Part shown: positions 17,040 through 24,363 of the stretch, piece by piece
Layout: each line of letters opens with the position of its first letter
Numbering within the stretch: the stretch's first letter is position 1
Source of the DNA: Candidatus Velthaea sp.
Lineage (GTDB): Bacteria > Vulcanimicrobiota > Vulcanimicrobiia > Vulcanimicrobiales > Vulcanimicrobiaceae
Length of the DNA: 24,363 nt
Direction: 5' to 3'
NCBI GenBank assembly: GCA_050012475.1
Contig: JBEKHC010000081.1
Location: forward strand, 1-24,363
The notes under the pieces: generated by a model
What the model was told of the DNA's origin: nothing
Databases searched by the model: none
The model's input: the letters and a program-made list of their open reading frames with translations, nothing else
Program-made: the position numbers and the translations under genes

Positions 17040-17129
17040 GGAAAAGTCCGCGGGGCGGCCGATGATTCCAATCACCGCGCGATAAACGCCGTCAAGTGTT
17101 CGCCGGGCCGCCCCGCTGGATCGACTTCC
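17040..17129 (-). ncRNA. Candidate unannotated ~90-nt structured small RNA
   Basis: Perfect 11-bp stem (17050-17060 with 17106-17116), paired termini, an internal bubble and an apical hairpin. A matched promoter lies upstream. Confidence 0.5.
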
Positions 17130-17135
17130 GATCAC

Positions 17136-17184
17136 AGCGTACCATCGGTCGAAAGTCGGGATCAATCCGTAACCGCTACGGATT
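17136..17184 (-). promoter_or_regulatory. Sigma70-type promoter TTGATC-N18-TACGCT with TG extension, plus palindromic operator AATCCGTA-N5-TACGGATT
   Basis: -10 at 17141-17136, TG at 17144-17143, -35 at 17165-17160; perfect 8-bp inverted repeat at 17164-17184. Confidence 0.55.
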
Positions 17185-17238
17185 TATGGAGAATGTCCTA
17201 CGGAGCTGGCCGAGGGCATGCTTGAGCACCCGATTAAC

Positions 17239-18267
17239 TTAGCCTTGATCCAAGACCGCCGTCAGCGCGGGCAGTGAAATCTCGTAACGGTACCCGACGT
17301 TGCGATGGTCGTCGTCGAATTCTTCGTGTCGAACGTCGAGGCCGAGATCGCGCACGCGCCGCGTGAAGACACGTGCTCCGATATCGAGGCCGTACTCATC
17401 GCGCCGGCCGCAGTCCAGATAGCGCAGCCGCAGCTGCGTCAACGCAGCTTTCGCACCGGCGACCCGTTCGACCGGGTCGTAGGCCAGCCAACGCGCAAAG
17501 ACGTCGTCACGCAATTCGCCCGTTTCCGGATCGAACGGCAGGGCGAAGTCGAATGCCCGCGCGCTCAAGGGCGAATAAGCGGCGGCGTACCCGAGCATCT
17601 CGATCGTCGTATAAAAATGCTGCGGGCGCTTGGGCCGGCGCTCGAATTCCTCGACGAACGCCTGAGCGCCGCCGAACGCTTCGAGCGTTCGCTGGGTGGT
17701 GGGAAACGCCGGAAAATGCGCGTAGCGAAAATACGTATCGCCGCTATGCGACGCAAACGCCGCGAAGGTTCCCGGATGCGCCAGCGTCAAGTGCAGCGCG
17801 CCGAATCCGCCCGACGATTTGCCAAAGACCGCACGGCCGCCTTCGCGCGCGATCGTCCGGAAGTTCGCGTCGAGGTGGCCGACGACATCGCGTACGACGT
17901 ACGTTGCGTAGGCGCCGTTGTGGACGGAATCAAGGTATTGCGAGCCGCCCAGGCGGGTGTTGCCGTCGACGAGCGCGAGGATCGCCGGCGGCATCGCGCC
18001 GCGCTGAACGAGGCGGTCGATCCATTGGACGACGTTGGTTTCCCACGGCCGCGTCGCGACGAGCGCTCCCACGTCCCCGGTGTATCCGTGAAGACCGTAC
18101 AAGCACGGATAGCGCTTCGAGCCTTCGGCGTCGTAGCCGGGCGGCGTGTAGACCGCCAGTGCACGGTTTGCCGCATCGCCGAGCGGGTTGTTCTGCAACG
18201 CTGCGCTTTCGATCCGGTCGACGTGCAGTGTCCCCGCGAGCCCGAGCAGCCGGTTGAAATCACTCAC
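17239..18267 (-). CDS. Putative esterase (alpha/beta hydrolase, enterochelin esterase-like)
   Basis: VYTPPGY, LHGYTG, GKSSGG nucleophile elbow, LDCGRRDE and FDDDH. GTG start at 18267. Confidence 0.85.
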   Translation of the reverse strand: MSDFNRLLGLAGTLHVDRIESAALQNNPLGDAANRALAVYTPPGYDAEGSKRYPCLYGLHGYTGDVGALVATRPWETNVVQWIDRLVQRGAMPPAILALVDGNTRLGGSQYLDSVHNGAYATYVVRDVVGHLDANFRTIAREGGRAVFGKSSGGFGALHLTLAHPGTFAAFASHSGDTYFRYAHFPAFPTTQRTLEAFGGAQAFVEEFERRPKRPQHFYTTIEMLGYAAAYSPLSARAFDFALPFDPETGELRDDVFARWLAYDPVERVAGAKAALTQLRLRYLDCGRRDEYGLDIGARVFTRRVRDLGLDVRHEEFDDDHRNVGYRYEISLPALTAVLDQG

Positions 18268-18273
18268 GGCGCG

Positions 18274-18282
18274 ATTCTTGCA
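18274..18282 (-). promoter_or_regulatory. Extended -10 (TG-C-AAGAAT) for a probable leaderless esterase mRNA
   Basis: Lies 6 nt upstream of GTG 18267; no SD is present. Confidence 0.45.
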
Positions 18283-18374
18283 CCGGGCAACGCTCCCAAG
18301 CCTTCCGCCGGCGCATCGGATCGGCAGTTGCCCGCACGAGGGCCGCGCACCGCTGGCCCCTAAAGCCTGCGGCG

Positions 18375-20993
18375 ATGAGACGAAGCAGCGTCGAACGGCC
18401 GGTGCGCGCTTGCATCGTCGGCGCATTGCTGCTCATCGCCGCATTCGTCCGGCCGGCGGCCGCGAACGCGCACTCGTTTTCCCAAAGTGCGGTCGTCGAG
18501 CGCGATGGCAACCCGACGCTGCTCGTCGACGGCCGTCCGTTCTTCTTCTATGGCGCGGCGTTTTTTTACGAGCGTATCCCGGCTTCACGCTGGCGCGCTT
18601 CGATGCTCGCGCTGCGCGTGCTGGGTTTCAATACGCTCGATCTGTACGTCCCGTGGAATTGGCACGAACTCGCCGACGGTGACTTCGATTTCGACGGACA
18701 CACCAACGCGCGACGCAATCTGCGCGCGGTGTTGGCGCTGGCGCGCGAACTGCACTTCAAACTGATCGTGCGGCCGGGACCGGTGATCCGCAACGAATGG
18801 CGCAACGGCGGCTACCCGGCGTGGCTGCTGACGCGGCCCGAGTATGGAATGCCGCTGCACGACGTGCTCGAAGGCCGGTATCCCGCGACCGCGACGCTGC
18901 AGAACGCGAACTCCGACGACGCAGCCGCGCAGTGGCTGGGCAACGCAACGCACATGGCGTACGCAACGCGTTGGCTGCGCACTGCCCTGCGTGAGTTCGT
19001 TCCCTATGCCGATCTCGTCGTAGCAGTTGCGCTCGATGACGACCAAGGTGCGTACATCGACAATCAGACCTGGCCCGCACCGCATTTCCAAGCGTATCTG
19101 CGAACGCTCCAAGCCGTCGTGCGCGGCGTCGTCGGCCTGCAGCTCCCGCTGTTCATCAACACCTACGAGATGAAGGTCACCGCATCGGCGCCGGTGTGGG
19201 CGATGGGGAATTGGTATCAGAGCGACGCCTATTCGATCGGCGAACACGACCGCACGTCACTCGAATTCAGCACGGGCTTGCTGCAAACTCAAACGCGCTA
19301 TCCCGTCGGGATCAGCGAGTTTCAAGCCGGCTGGCTTGCCCCGCCCGAGGATCCGGCGCCGCGGCCGGCCGATCCGACCAACACGACGCTCGCACTGCAT
19401 ACGCTGTTGAGTTCGGGCGCGCGCGGTGTCATCGATTTCCCCGCCCAAGACACGGTCGCGCCCGCGGGTTGGGAGGCGCCGTTCGCCAACGAGTTTTACG
19501 CTTGGGACGCGGCGCTCGACGTGGAGCTCGCGCCCTCGGCGCGGTACGCACCCACCAAGCGGTTCGGCGATCTCGTCCGTACTGATGGTTCGGAACTGGC
19601 GGACGCGCGGCGGCTCGCCGACGGTGCGATCGCCTATCTCACGTCGGCTTACGACGAGCGCAAACAAACGAACGCCGACGTGTTCGCGATCGTCGCGCGC
19701 ACCTTGGAAGCGCAGCACGCCTGCCGTGCCCGGCACCTCGCCTGCGACCTGATCGACCTGCGCTTCACCGGCGGCGCTGCGCTTGGGCGGTATCCGTTTC
19801 TGATTCTCCCGCGCGCCGTCGCCCAACCGTTTGACGCTTGCGTGCGCAAGCACCTGACGCAGTACCGCGCCGGCGGCGGCCGCATCCTGAGCGCACCGCC
19901 CGACGTCGTCTCACCGCAGGCCGGCGGGATCGCCGATGCCGTCGTGCTCGTCGCTCGCGACGGCGCGGCTTTTTTGGATATCGTCAACTACGACACCCAT
20001 CCGCACGCCGTGGCCGCGACGCGGATTCGGTTGCCGGGCAACCGGACGTGGAACGTCGCACCGTTCCGCGTCGCTCCACGGGACGCCGTGTTGCTGCGCT
20101 TCGATCCGTCGCGGCGGCCGCGTTTTGCTTCGTTGCGCTCACGCGTTGCGTCGCGCAGCGAACGATCGGCAGACATGCAACGTCACGCGGCCTCGCACGC
20201 GGCGCCGGCGGGCTGCTTCGACCGGTCGAACCAAAGCGGAGGCGGCACACCGAACGAAGCGCGAATGAGCGAAGACGACCGCGCCGCCGATGGATATCCG
20301 CGGCTGACGCTCGCAAACAGCAGCGTCAGCGTGACGTTCGCGCCCAATGCCGGCGCCCGGGCCTTTCTCTTCGCCCCCGAGAACTGCTTGGCTGACAACG
20401 TTTTCACGACGGTCGGCGCCTTGCGCGACGACGTGGCGATTCAGCCGCCGCTTTCCACCACTGACCGCATCGGACAATATACCCGCTCGTTTCCGGCCGG
20501 GATGTTCAACCGGCCGTACGCGATCACCGCGCGCGCGACTACTGCCGATTCGGCAGCCGCAACACTGGCCTACGCTGCGCCGGATGTCGTACCGAACGGC
20601 GCGCGCTTCGAACGCACGATTTCCCTGCGCGCAAACGAACCAGCCTTCACCATCGCCCAGCGCGTCACTTTTGGGGCCGGGCGCGACGCCGCCGGCCAGC
20701 GCGCCGTGCGCTATGACTCCTTCGACGCCCGGGACGCGACGCTGCTCGACGAACGCGCAGCGGGAGCCCTGGGATTCTTCTATCGGTCGGCGCGGCGCGT
20801 CGCCATCGTTGCCTGGCCGCGCGGCGAGGTGGAAGCCGCCACCATCATCCCCGAGCGCACGTCGACGGTCGTCCGACTGCAGTTCGCCCCCGGCCCCAGC
20901 CGCACGCGCTACGCGCTCGAAGTGGCGGTCGACCTCGTTGCGGCGCGCGCCGCGCTCTTGAAAGAACAGGCTGCCGTAGCCGCGAAGCGCTAG
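18375..20993 (+). CDS. Secreted GH35-like glycoside hydrolase (beta-galactosidase/exo-beta-glucosaminidase-like), multi-domain
   Basis: Signal peptide; FFYERIP, GFNTLDLYVPWNWHE, RPGPVIRNEWRNGGYPAWL and SEFQAGW. Alternative GTG start at 18402. Confidence 0.85.
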   Translation: MRRSSVERPVRACIVGALLLIAAFVRPAAANAHSFSQSAVVERDGNPTLLVDGRPFFFYGAAFFYERIPASRWRASMLALRVLGFNTLDLYVPWNWHELADGDFDFDGHTNARRNLRAVLALARELHFKLIVRPGPVIRNEWRNGGYPAWLLTRPEYGMPLHDVLEGRYPATATLQNANSDDAAAQWLGNATHMAYATRWLRTALREFVPYADLVVAVALDDDQGAYIDNQTWPAPHFQAYLRTLQAVVRGVVGLQLPLFINTYEMKVTASAPVWAMGNWYQSDAYSIGEHDRTSLEFSTGLLQTQTRYPVGISEFQAGWLAPPEDPAPRPADPTNTTLALHTLLSSGARGVIDFPAQDTVAPAGWEAPFANEFYAWDAALDVELAPSARYAPTKRFGDLVRTDGSELADARRLADGAIAYLTSAYDERKQTNADVFAIVARTLEAQHACRARHLACDLIDLRFTGGAALGRYPFLILPRAVAQPFDACVRKHLTQYRAGGGRILSAPPDVVSPQAGGIADAVVLVARDGAAFLDIVNYDTHPHAVAATRIRLPGNRTWNVAPFRVAPRDAVLLRFDPSRRPRFASLRSRVASRSERSADMQRHAASHAAPAGCFDRSNQSGGGTPNEARMSEDDRAADGYPRLTLANSSVSVTFAPNAGARAFLFAPENCLADNVFTTVGALRDDVAIQPPLSTTDRIGQYTRSFPAGMFNRPYAITARATTADSAAATLAYAAPDVVPNGARFERTISLRANEPAFTIAQRVTFGAGRDAAGQRAVRYDSFDARDATLLDERAAGALGFFYRSARRVAIVAWPRGEVEAATIIPERTSTVVRLQFAPGPSRTRYALEVAVDLVAARAALLKEQAAVAAKR

Positions 20994-21000
20994 TCGCCGC

Positions 21001-21083
21001 GGGGGCGTGGCGAAATGGTAGACGCAGTTGCCTCAAAAGCAACCGAGTGTGAGCTCATCTCGGTTCGAGTCCGAGCGCCCCCA
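21001..21083 (+). tRNA. tRNA-Leu(CAA); CCA end not encoded
   Basis: Acceptor GGGGGCG/CGCCCCC-A, anticodon arm GTTGC-CTCAAAA-GCAAC, long variable arm, T arm CTCGG-TTCGAGT-CCGAG. Confidence 0.97.
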
Positions 21084-21279
21084 GGTCAAAATCAGCAATT
21101 TGAGCACGAATCAGTCTGGAAATTTCGTATGTGGACTCAAAAAGCCGAGCGTGACTCAATGGGTTTAAGTCCAAAATGAGTCCAACTTTGACGGGCGCTC
21201 CTTAGGGAAGCAAGCGCTCGTCGAAGACTTCGACGCAATGTCTCTCAGTTACCACGACAGAGGTCGGTTTCGATCTAGC

Positions 21280-21467
21280 CACGCGATCTGGATCGGGATC
21301 GCCGCATCTTGAAATGGTTCGGCTTTCGATTTCCAAAGCGCCGCTTCGGCTTCATCGCGCTGGGGCTCGGGGTGCCGGCCGTGCTGCACGGCTTCTACGA
21401 CAACTTCCTCGGCTTTGCGCCGCTGTTGACGCTCGCTTCCGCCGTCGTCAGCGCGAAGGCGAGGTAG
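21280..21467 (+). pseudogene. C-terminal fragment of a PrsW-family intramembrane protease, frameshifted
   Basis: HAIWIGIAA (frame from 21280, TGA at 21310), then in the -1 frame FPKRRFGFIALGLGVPAVLHGFYDNF. These match the two His motifs of PrsW. Confidence 0.6.
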
Positions 21468-21529
21468 CCGAGAATTCGCTGGCAATCGGCGTGCGATATG
21501 ACACTAGGTGTTTATGTGGCAGCCTGGCC

Positions 21530-22276
21530 TCAGACTTGAGACCAGCCCCCATCGACCGGAAATTCGGCGCCGGTTGTGAAGGTCGCGTCGAACGCGAGGA
21601 AGAGAACGGCCTTCGCGATTTCCTCCGACGTGCCGAAGCGCTTCATGGGGACCATACCACTCGCAATATGTCCCTTCATCTGGGCGACCGCATCTTTGTC
21701 GAACGCCTTTTCGAGGATGCCCGTGTCGATGGGACCGGGCGTGACCGCGTTGACGCGAATCTCCTGAGGTAAAAGCTCAGCGGCGAGCGTCCGAGCGAAT
21801 GATCGCAGCGCAGCCTTGGCCGCTCCGTATGTGGCTTGGCCGGGCATTCCCTTGACGTTGGCGATCGAGGTCGTGAGGACAACGGAGCCTCCCCGGCTGA
21901 TCAGCGGCGCGAGCTTCTGGACCGCGAAAAACGGTCCTTTGGCGTTCAGGTTGAACATCTCGTCGTAGATCGGCTCGGTCACGCTTTCGAGAGGCGTTGG
22001 AATACTGAACCCGGCGTTGACGAAAAGCAGGTCGAAGGTGTCGAACTCCGCCTTCACTCGAGCGGCGAGGGCGTCGATGTCCGTCAACGACCGCGCGTCG
22101 CTCGAAACCACGATGGCGCCGTTGCCGAGTTCCTTTTGTGCCGATTCCAGGCCAGCCGGCGAGCGACCCGTCACCAAAACGCGCGCGCCCCCAGCGAGGA
22201 GCATCTTCGCCGTGGCGAGCCCCATGCCGCTGGTGCCGCCGGTGATCACCGCGCGCTTCCCTTCGTACCGTTCCAT
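21530..22276 (-). CDS. SDR family oxidoreductase
   Basis: TGGTSGMG, VNAG, YGAAK, RVNAVTPGPIDT and VDGG. Confidence 0.93.
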   Translation of the reverse strand: MERYEGKRAVITGGTSGMGLATAKMLLAGGARVLVTGRSPAGLESAQKELGNGAIVVSSDARSLTDIDALAARVKAEFDTFDLLFVNAGFSIPTPLESVTEPIYDEMFNLNAKGPFFAVQKLAPLISRGGSVVLTTSIANVKGMPGQATYGAAKAALRSFARTLAAELLPQEIRVNAVTPGPIDTGILEKAFDKDAVAQMKGHIASGMVPMKRFGTSEEIAKAVLFLAFDATFTTGAEFPVDGGWSQV

Positions 22277-22313
22277 GTGTCCTCTCCCTGCGACCTTAGG
22301 GCCGCCTTCATAG

Positions 22314-22384
22314 TTTTGAACTGTTTTGTATGATAATGACCGAGAAGGCTGCGGTCAAGGACTTTTGAACGATTTATTTCAAAA
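22314..22384. promoter_or_regulatory. SDR promoter (minus strand, TTGACC-N17-TATCAT) flanked by two 22-bp TetR-type operators
   Basis: -35 at 22358-22353 and -10 at 22335-22330; TTTTGAAC-N6-GTATGATA and TTTTGAAC-N6-TTTCAAAA. Confidence 0.7.
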
Positions 22385-22409
22385 TCACGCAGCGCCGCGA
22401 TAGACGACA

Positions 22410-22622
22410 CTACATAGCGTATAATCGCCTGCTAAACCGGTCACCACGACTAAATCGCCGCGACCGGACTACTTCAGGACACGCCAAGGATGCGGAGGGA
22501 AAGTCGACGCCGGAGACCTTGACGACGGCCTGCCACGCGGCTTCTTGGCTGGCGCGATCGTGGAGGTGCGGCTGGCGCTGCGCCTCGATCGGGCCGGTGA
22601 CGAGAGCGATCGAATGTTCCAT
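22410..22622 (-). pseudogene. Internally deleted SDR remnant
   Basis: GGAGG SD plus MEHSIALVTG (SDR-type first strand), joined directly to a C-terminal-like DRASQEAAWQAVVKVSG. Confidence 0.5.
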
Positions 22623-22688
22623 GGGCGCCTCCATAGTGAGGGGAAAGGTCGCGTCGTGCGGCCCCGCAACGTCAGGGCCGCCTTGCCA

Positions 22689-22759
22689 TTTCGAACCTTT
22701 CTGTACAATAATGGATTAGATCGCCAAGGGCAAGGAGTTTCAAACGAAATGATTCAAAA
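22689..22759. promoter_or_regulatory. Second copy of the 71-bp promoter/operator block; overlaps the tetR start codon
   Basis: TTTCGAAC-N6-GTACAATA and TTTCAAAC-N6-ATTCAAAA; minus-strand TTGCCC-N17-TATTGT. Confidence 0.65.
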
Positions 22760-23363
22760 GGCCGCCCGGCCGCGCGGGCGACCGCGCCTCTTCGACGAGA
22801 AAGCCGCGCTGGAAAAAGCGACCCAGGTGTTCTGGCTCAAAGGCTACGACGGCGTGACCATTGACGATCTCGTCGCCGGGATGGGGGTCGGGCGGCCGAG
22901 CCTGTATTCCATCTTTGGGGACAAGCGGACGATTTTTTTGCGTGTCCTCCGCGCGTACGCCGAGAGGAAGGGCATTTTCGCCGCGGAGGCACTGCTCTCG
23001 CCGCAGGCTCTGCGCGACTCCATCGCAAGCTTTCTGAGGTACGCCGTCACAAGTGCCACCGAGGAAGGAAGCGCCCCGGGATGTCTTCTCATGTGCGTCG
23101 CGCCGCTCGTGGACGACGCTGAGGTCCAGCAGTTCATACAGAACGCTGCCGCTGGCGCCGTGGCCCTCGTAGAACGTCGTTTCCAAAGCGGGATCAGCGC
23201 GGGAGAAATCCCATCTGACTTTCCGGTCGCCGAACGCGCGAGCCAGGTCCTCGACCTTGCCCGCGGTCTGACGATGCGTGCGCAGATGGGCATGTCGCGT
23301 ACGACGCTCCTCAAGGACGCCGAGAAAGCGGCGGACGTGATGCTCCTGCCGCGCAATTCTTAA
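22749..23363 (+). CDS. TetR/AcrR family transcriptional regulator
   Basis: RGRPRLFD, FWLKGYDGVTIDDL, SLYSIFGDK and PGCL. ATG 22749 follows AAGGAG. Confidence 0.93.
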   Translation: MIQKAARPRGRPRLFDEKAALEKATQVFWLKGYDGVTIDDLVAGMGVGRPSLYSIFGDKRTIFLRVLRAYAERKGIFAAEALLSPQALRDSIASFLRYAVTSATEEGSAPGCLLMCVAPLVDDAEVQQFIQNAAAGAVALVERRFQSGISAGEIPSDFPVAERASQVLDLARGLTMRAQMGMSRTTLLKDAEKAADVMLLPRNS

Positions 23364-23751
23364 GCTGCGGGTAGTCGCGGTCCACGGCGCTGCCGTAAAC
23401 GGCGCGACGTGGATGCCGCTCGAGCGGATCTTACCAGTCTCCGTAGAGTTGATCGCCGATGATTTACCCGGGCTCGGCGAACACCGCGATGAGGCCTTTG
23501 ATTTCACGACCGCAGTTGGCGGCATCGTTGCTGCCGCTCGCAGCACGGGTCCGCGCACCGTCCTCGTCGGCGATTCGCTCGGCGGGTATCTGGTCTTAGC
23601 TGCCGGAGCGCAACTCGGAGATGCCATCGCCGGAGTGGTTGCAGCGGTGGCGGGACGAGTGATCGTCGAGCCAAACGCTCCGCACGGCGTCGGCATCCTC
23701 CGCCCCGCGGCCTTTGCCGGAGCGATTGCATCGATGCAACGCATGAAATGA
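23362..23751 (+). pseudogene. Truncated, internally deleted alpha/beta hydrolase
   Basis: VVAVHG...W, DLPGLG and VGDSLGG, then a jump to PHGV..RPAAFA. Only ~129 codons, with no start codon before the HG motif. Confidence 0.65.
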
Positions 23752-23809
23752 GCATCACCGCATGTAGAGCCACGCGCAACGACGTCCAGCATCCGACATA
23801 CAAGGCATG

Positions 23810-24139
23810 CCACACGAACCAACCGCCGATAGGGCCCATTACCTCAATCGTGTCGCCGACGGCGACGGTGTTCACAAGGTACGGGGATACGGCGCCGCCA
23901 GCGAACAGTTCGATCGTCAGTTCGACGCGCGAACCGTCGGGCGCGTTCCCGATCGAGAACGTGCGAGCGGGCGTCGTACCGTCGGGCGTCGTTGGACGAA
24001 CGACGACATGCTGGCCCGCGACATGACCCGGCCAGTCAGAAATATCGAACACGAGCGTGCTCGCCGTCGGCGTTTCGCTTCGGCGTTCGACAATCTTCGC
24101 GGCGCGCCAGGCAGGCTTGTTCGTAGACGCTGTCGCTAG
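23810..24139 (-). pseudogene. FAD-binding domain of a ferredoxin-NADP reductase-type oxidoreductase; NAD-binding domain missing
   Basis: ETPTASTL, GHVAGQHV, RTFSIG, GGAVSPYL and GPIGGWFVW. The expected GGSG..P motif does not follow. Confidence 0.7.
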
Positions 24140-24363
24140 GGCCGGCAGCCTTGATCCATCCGCTGCCTGAACGTATTGACCATCTGTTCCGACCAAGGAT
24201 CGCCACCGTCCTCGGGCGGTGGCATCGGGCCCGCGCTGACGACGCCAAAAATGCTCTCCGCCTGCTTCGCGAGGCAGACTCATTTGCTGAGCATAAAACT
24301 CTTCTTGGCAAGCGACCCCGGCGCAGGAAGGCGGCCGTCGTCGGCCTTGCGCACACGGATGAC

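Larger units (their letters stand above)
21084..24363. mobile_element. Decayed genomic-island-like tract abutting the tRNA-Leu 3' end; no integrase within the window
   Basis: AT-rich junction, arm-site-like short repeats at 21132-21185, accessory SDR/TetR genes and multiple gene fragments. Confidence 0.55.

Noticed and set aside
17040..17129. tRNA-Sec, SRP RNA or Y RNA identity for the sRNA candidate
   Set aside because: It starts GGAAG but has no UCA anticodon arm or T-loop, and no SRP GGAA-tetraloop domain. GUCGA and CACUUGAC only weakly recall Y RNA, and no Ro60 gene is in the window.
21249..21485. 78-aa minus-strand ORF after the tRNA
   Set aside because: Better explained as the antisense of the PrsW fragment on the plus strand.
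2946..23822. Long antisense ORFs (e.g. 2946-4016, 14324-15400, 17305-18363, 22740-23822)
   Set aside because: Shadow ORFs of high-GC coding genes with no recognisable motifs.

Overview
High-GC bacterial chromosomal segment. Gene content and repeat style suggest a soil Terrabacteria lineage, possibly Eremiobacterota/Vulcanimicrobiota (inference only). Bases 1-21083 look like core genome: GH3 glycosidase 3' end, YbhB, a Gfo/Idh/MocA + TIM-barrel isomerase + alpha/beta-hydrolase operon, DUF5996, TlpA, two exported proteins, RNase P RNA (rnpB), DUF1858, DUF2203, rapZ-yvcK, glycerate kinase, DUF5069, a cbs-ABM-cystathionine gamma-lyase/synthase operon, an esterase, a GH35-like enzyme and tRNA-Leu(CAA). 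After the tRNA lies a decayed island-like tract with intact SDR and TetR genes, a duplicated promoter/operator block and several gene remnants. The most interesting signals are: (1) an unannotated ~90-nt rod-shaped RNA candidate with its own promoter and a palindromic operator (17040-17205, minus strand); (2) an RNase P RNA lacking the L15 GGU motif, in the same window as a CCA-less tRNA gene; (3) two intergenic hairpin repeat arrays; (4) two genes lacking a canonical start codon; (5) a GH35 enzyme with an altered acid/base motif. No CRISPR array, transposase or integrase was seen. All calls are by eye; no searches were run.
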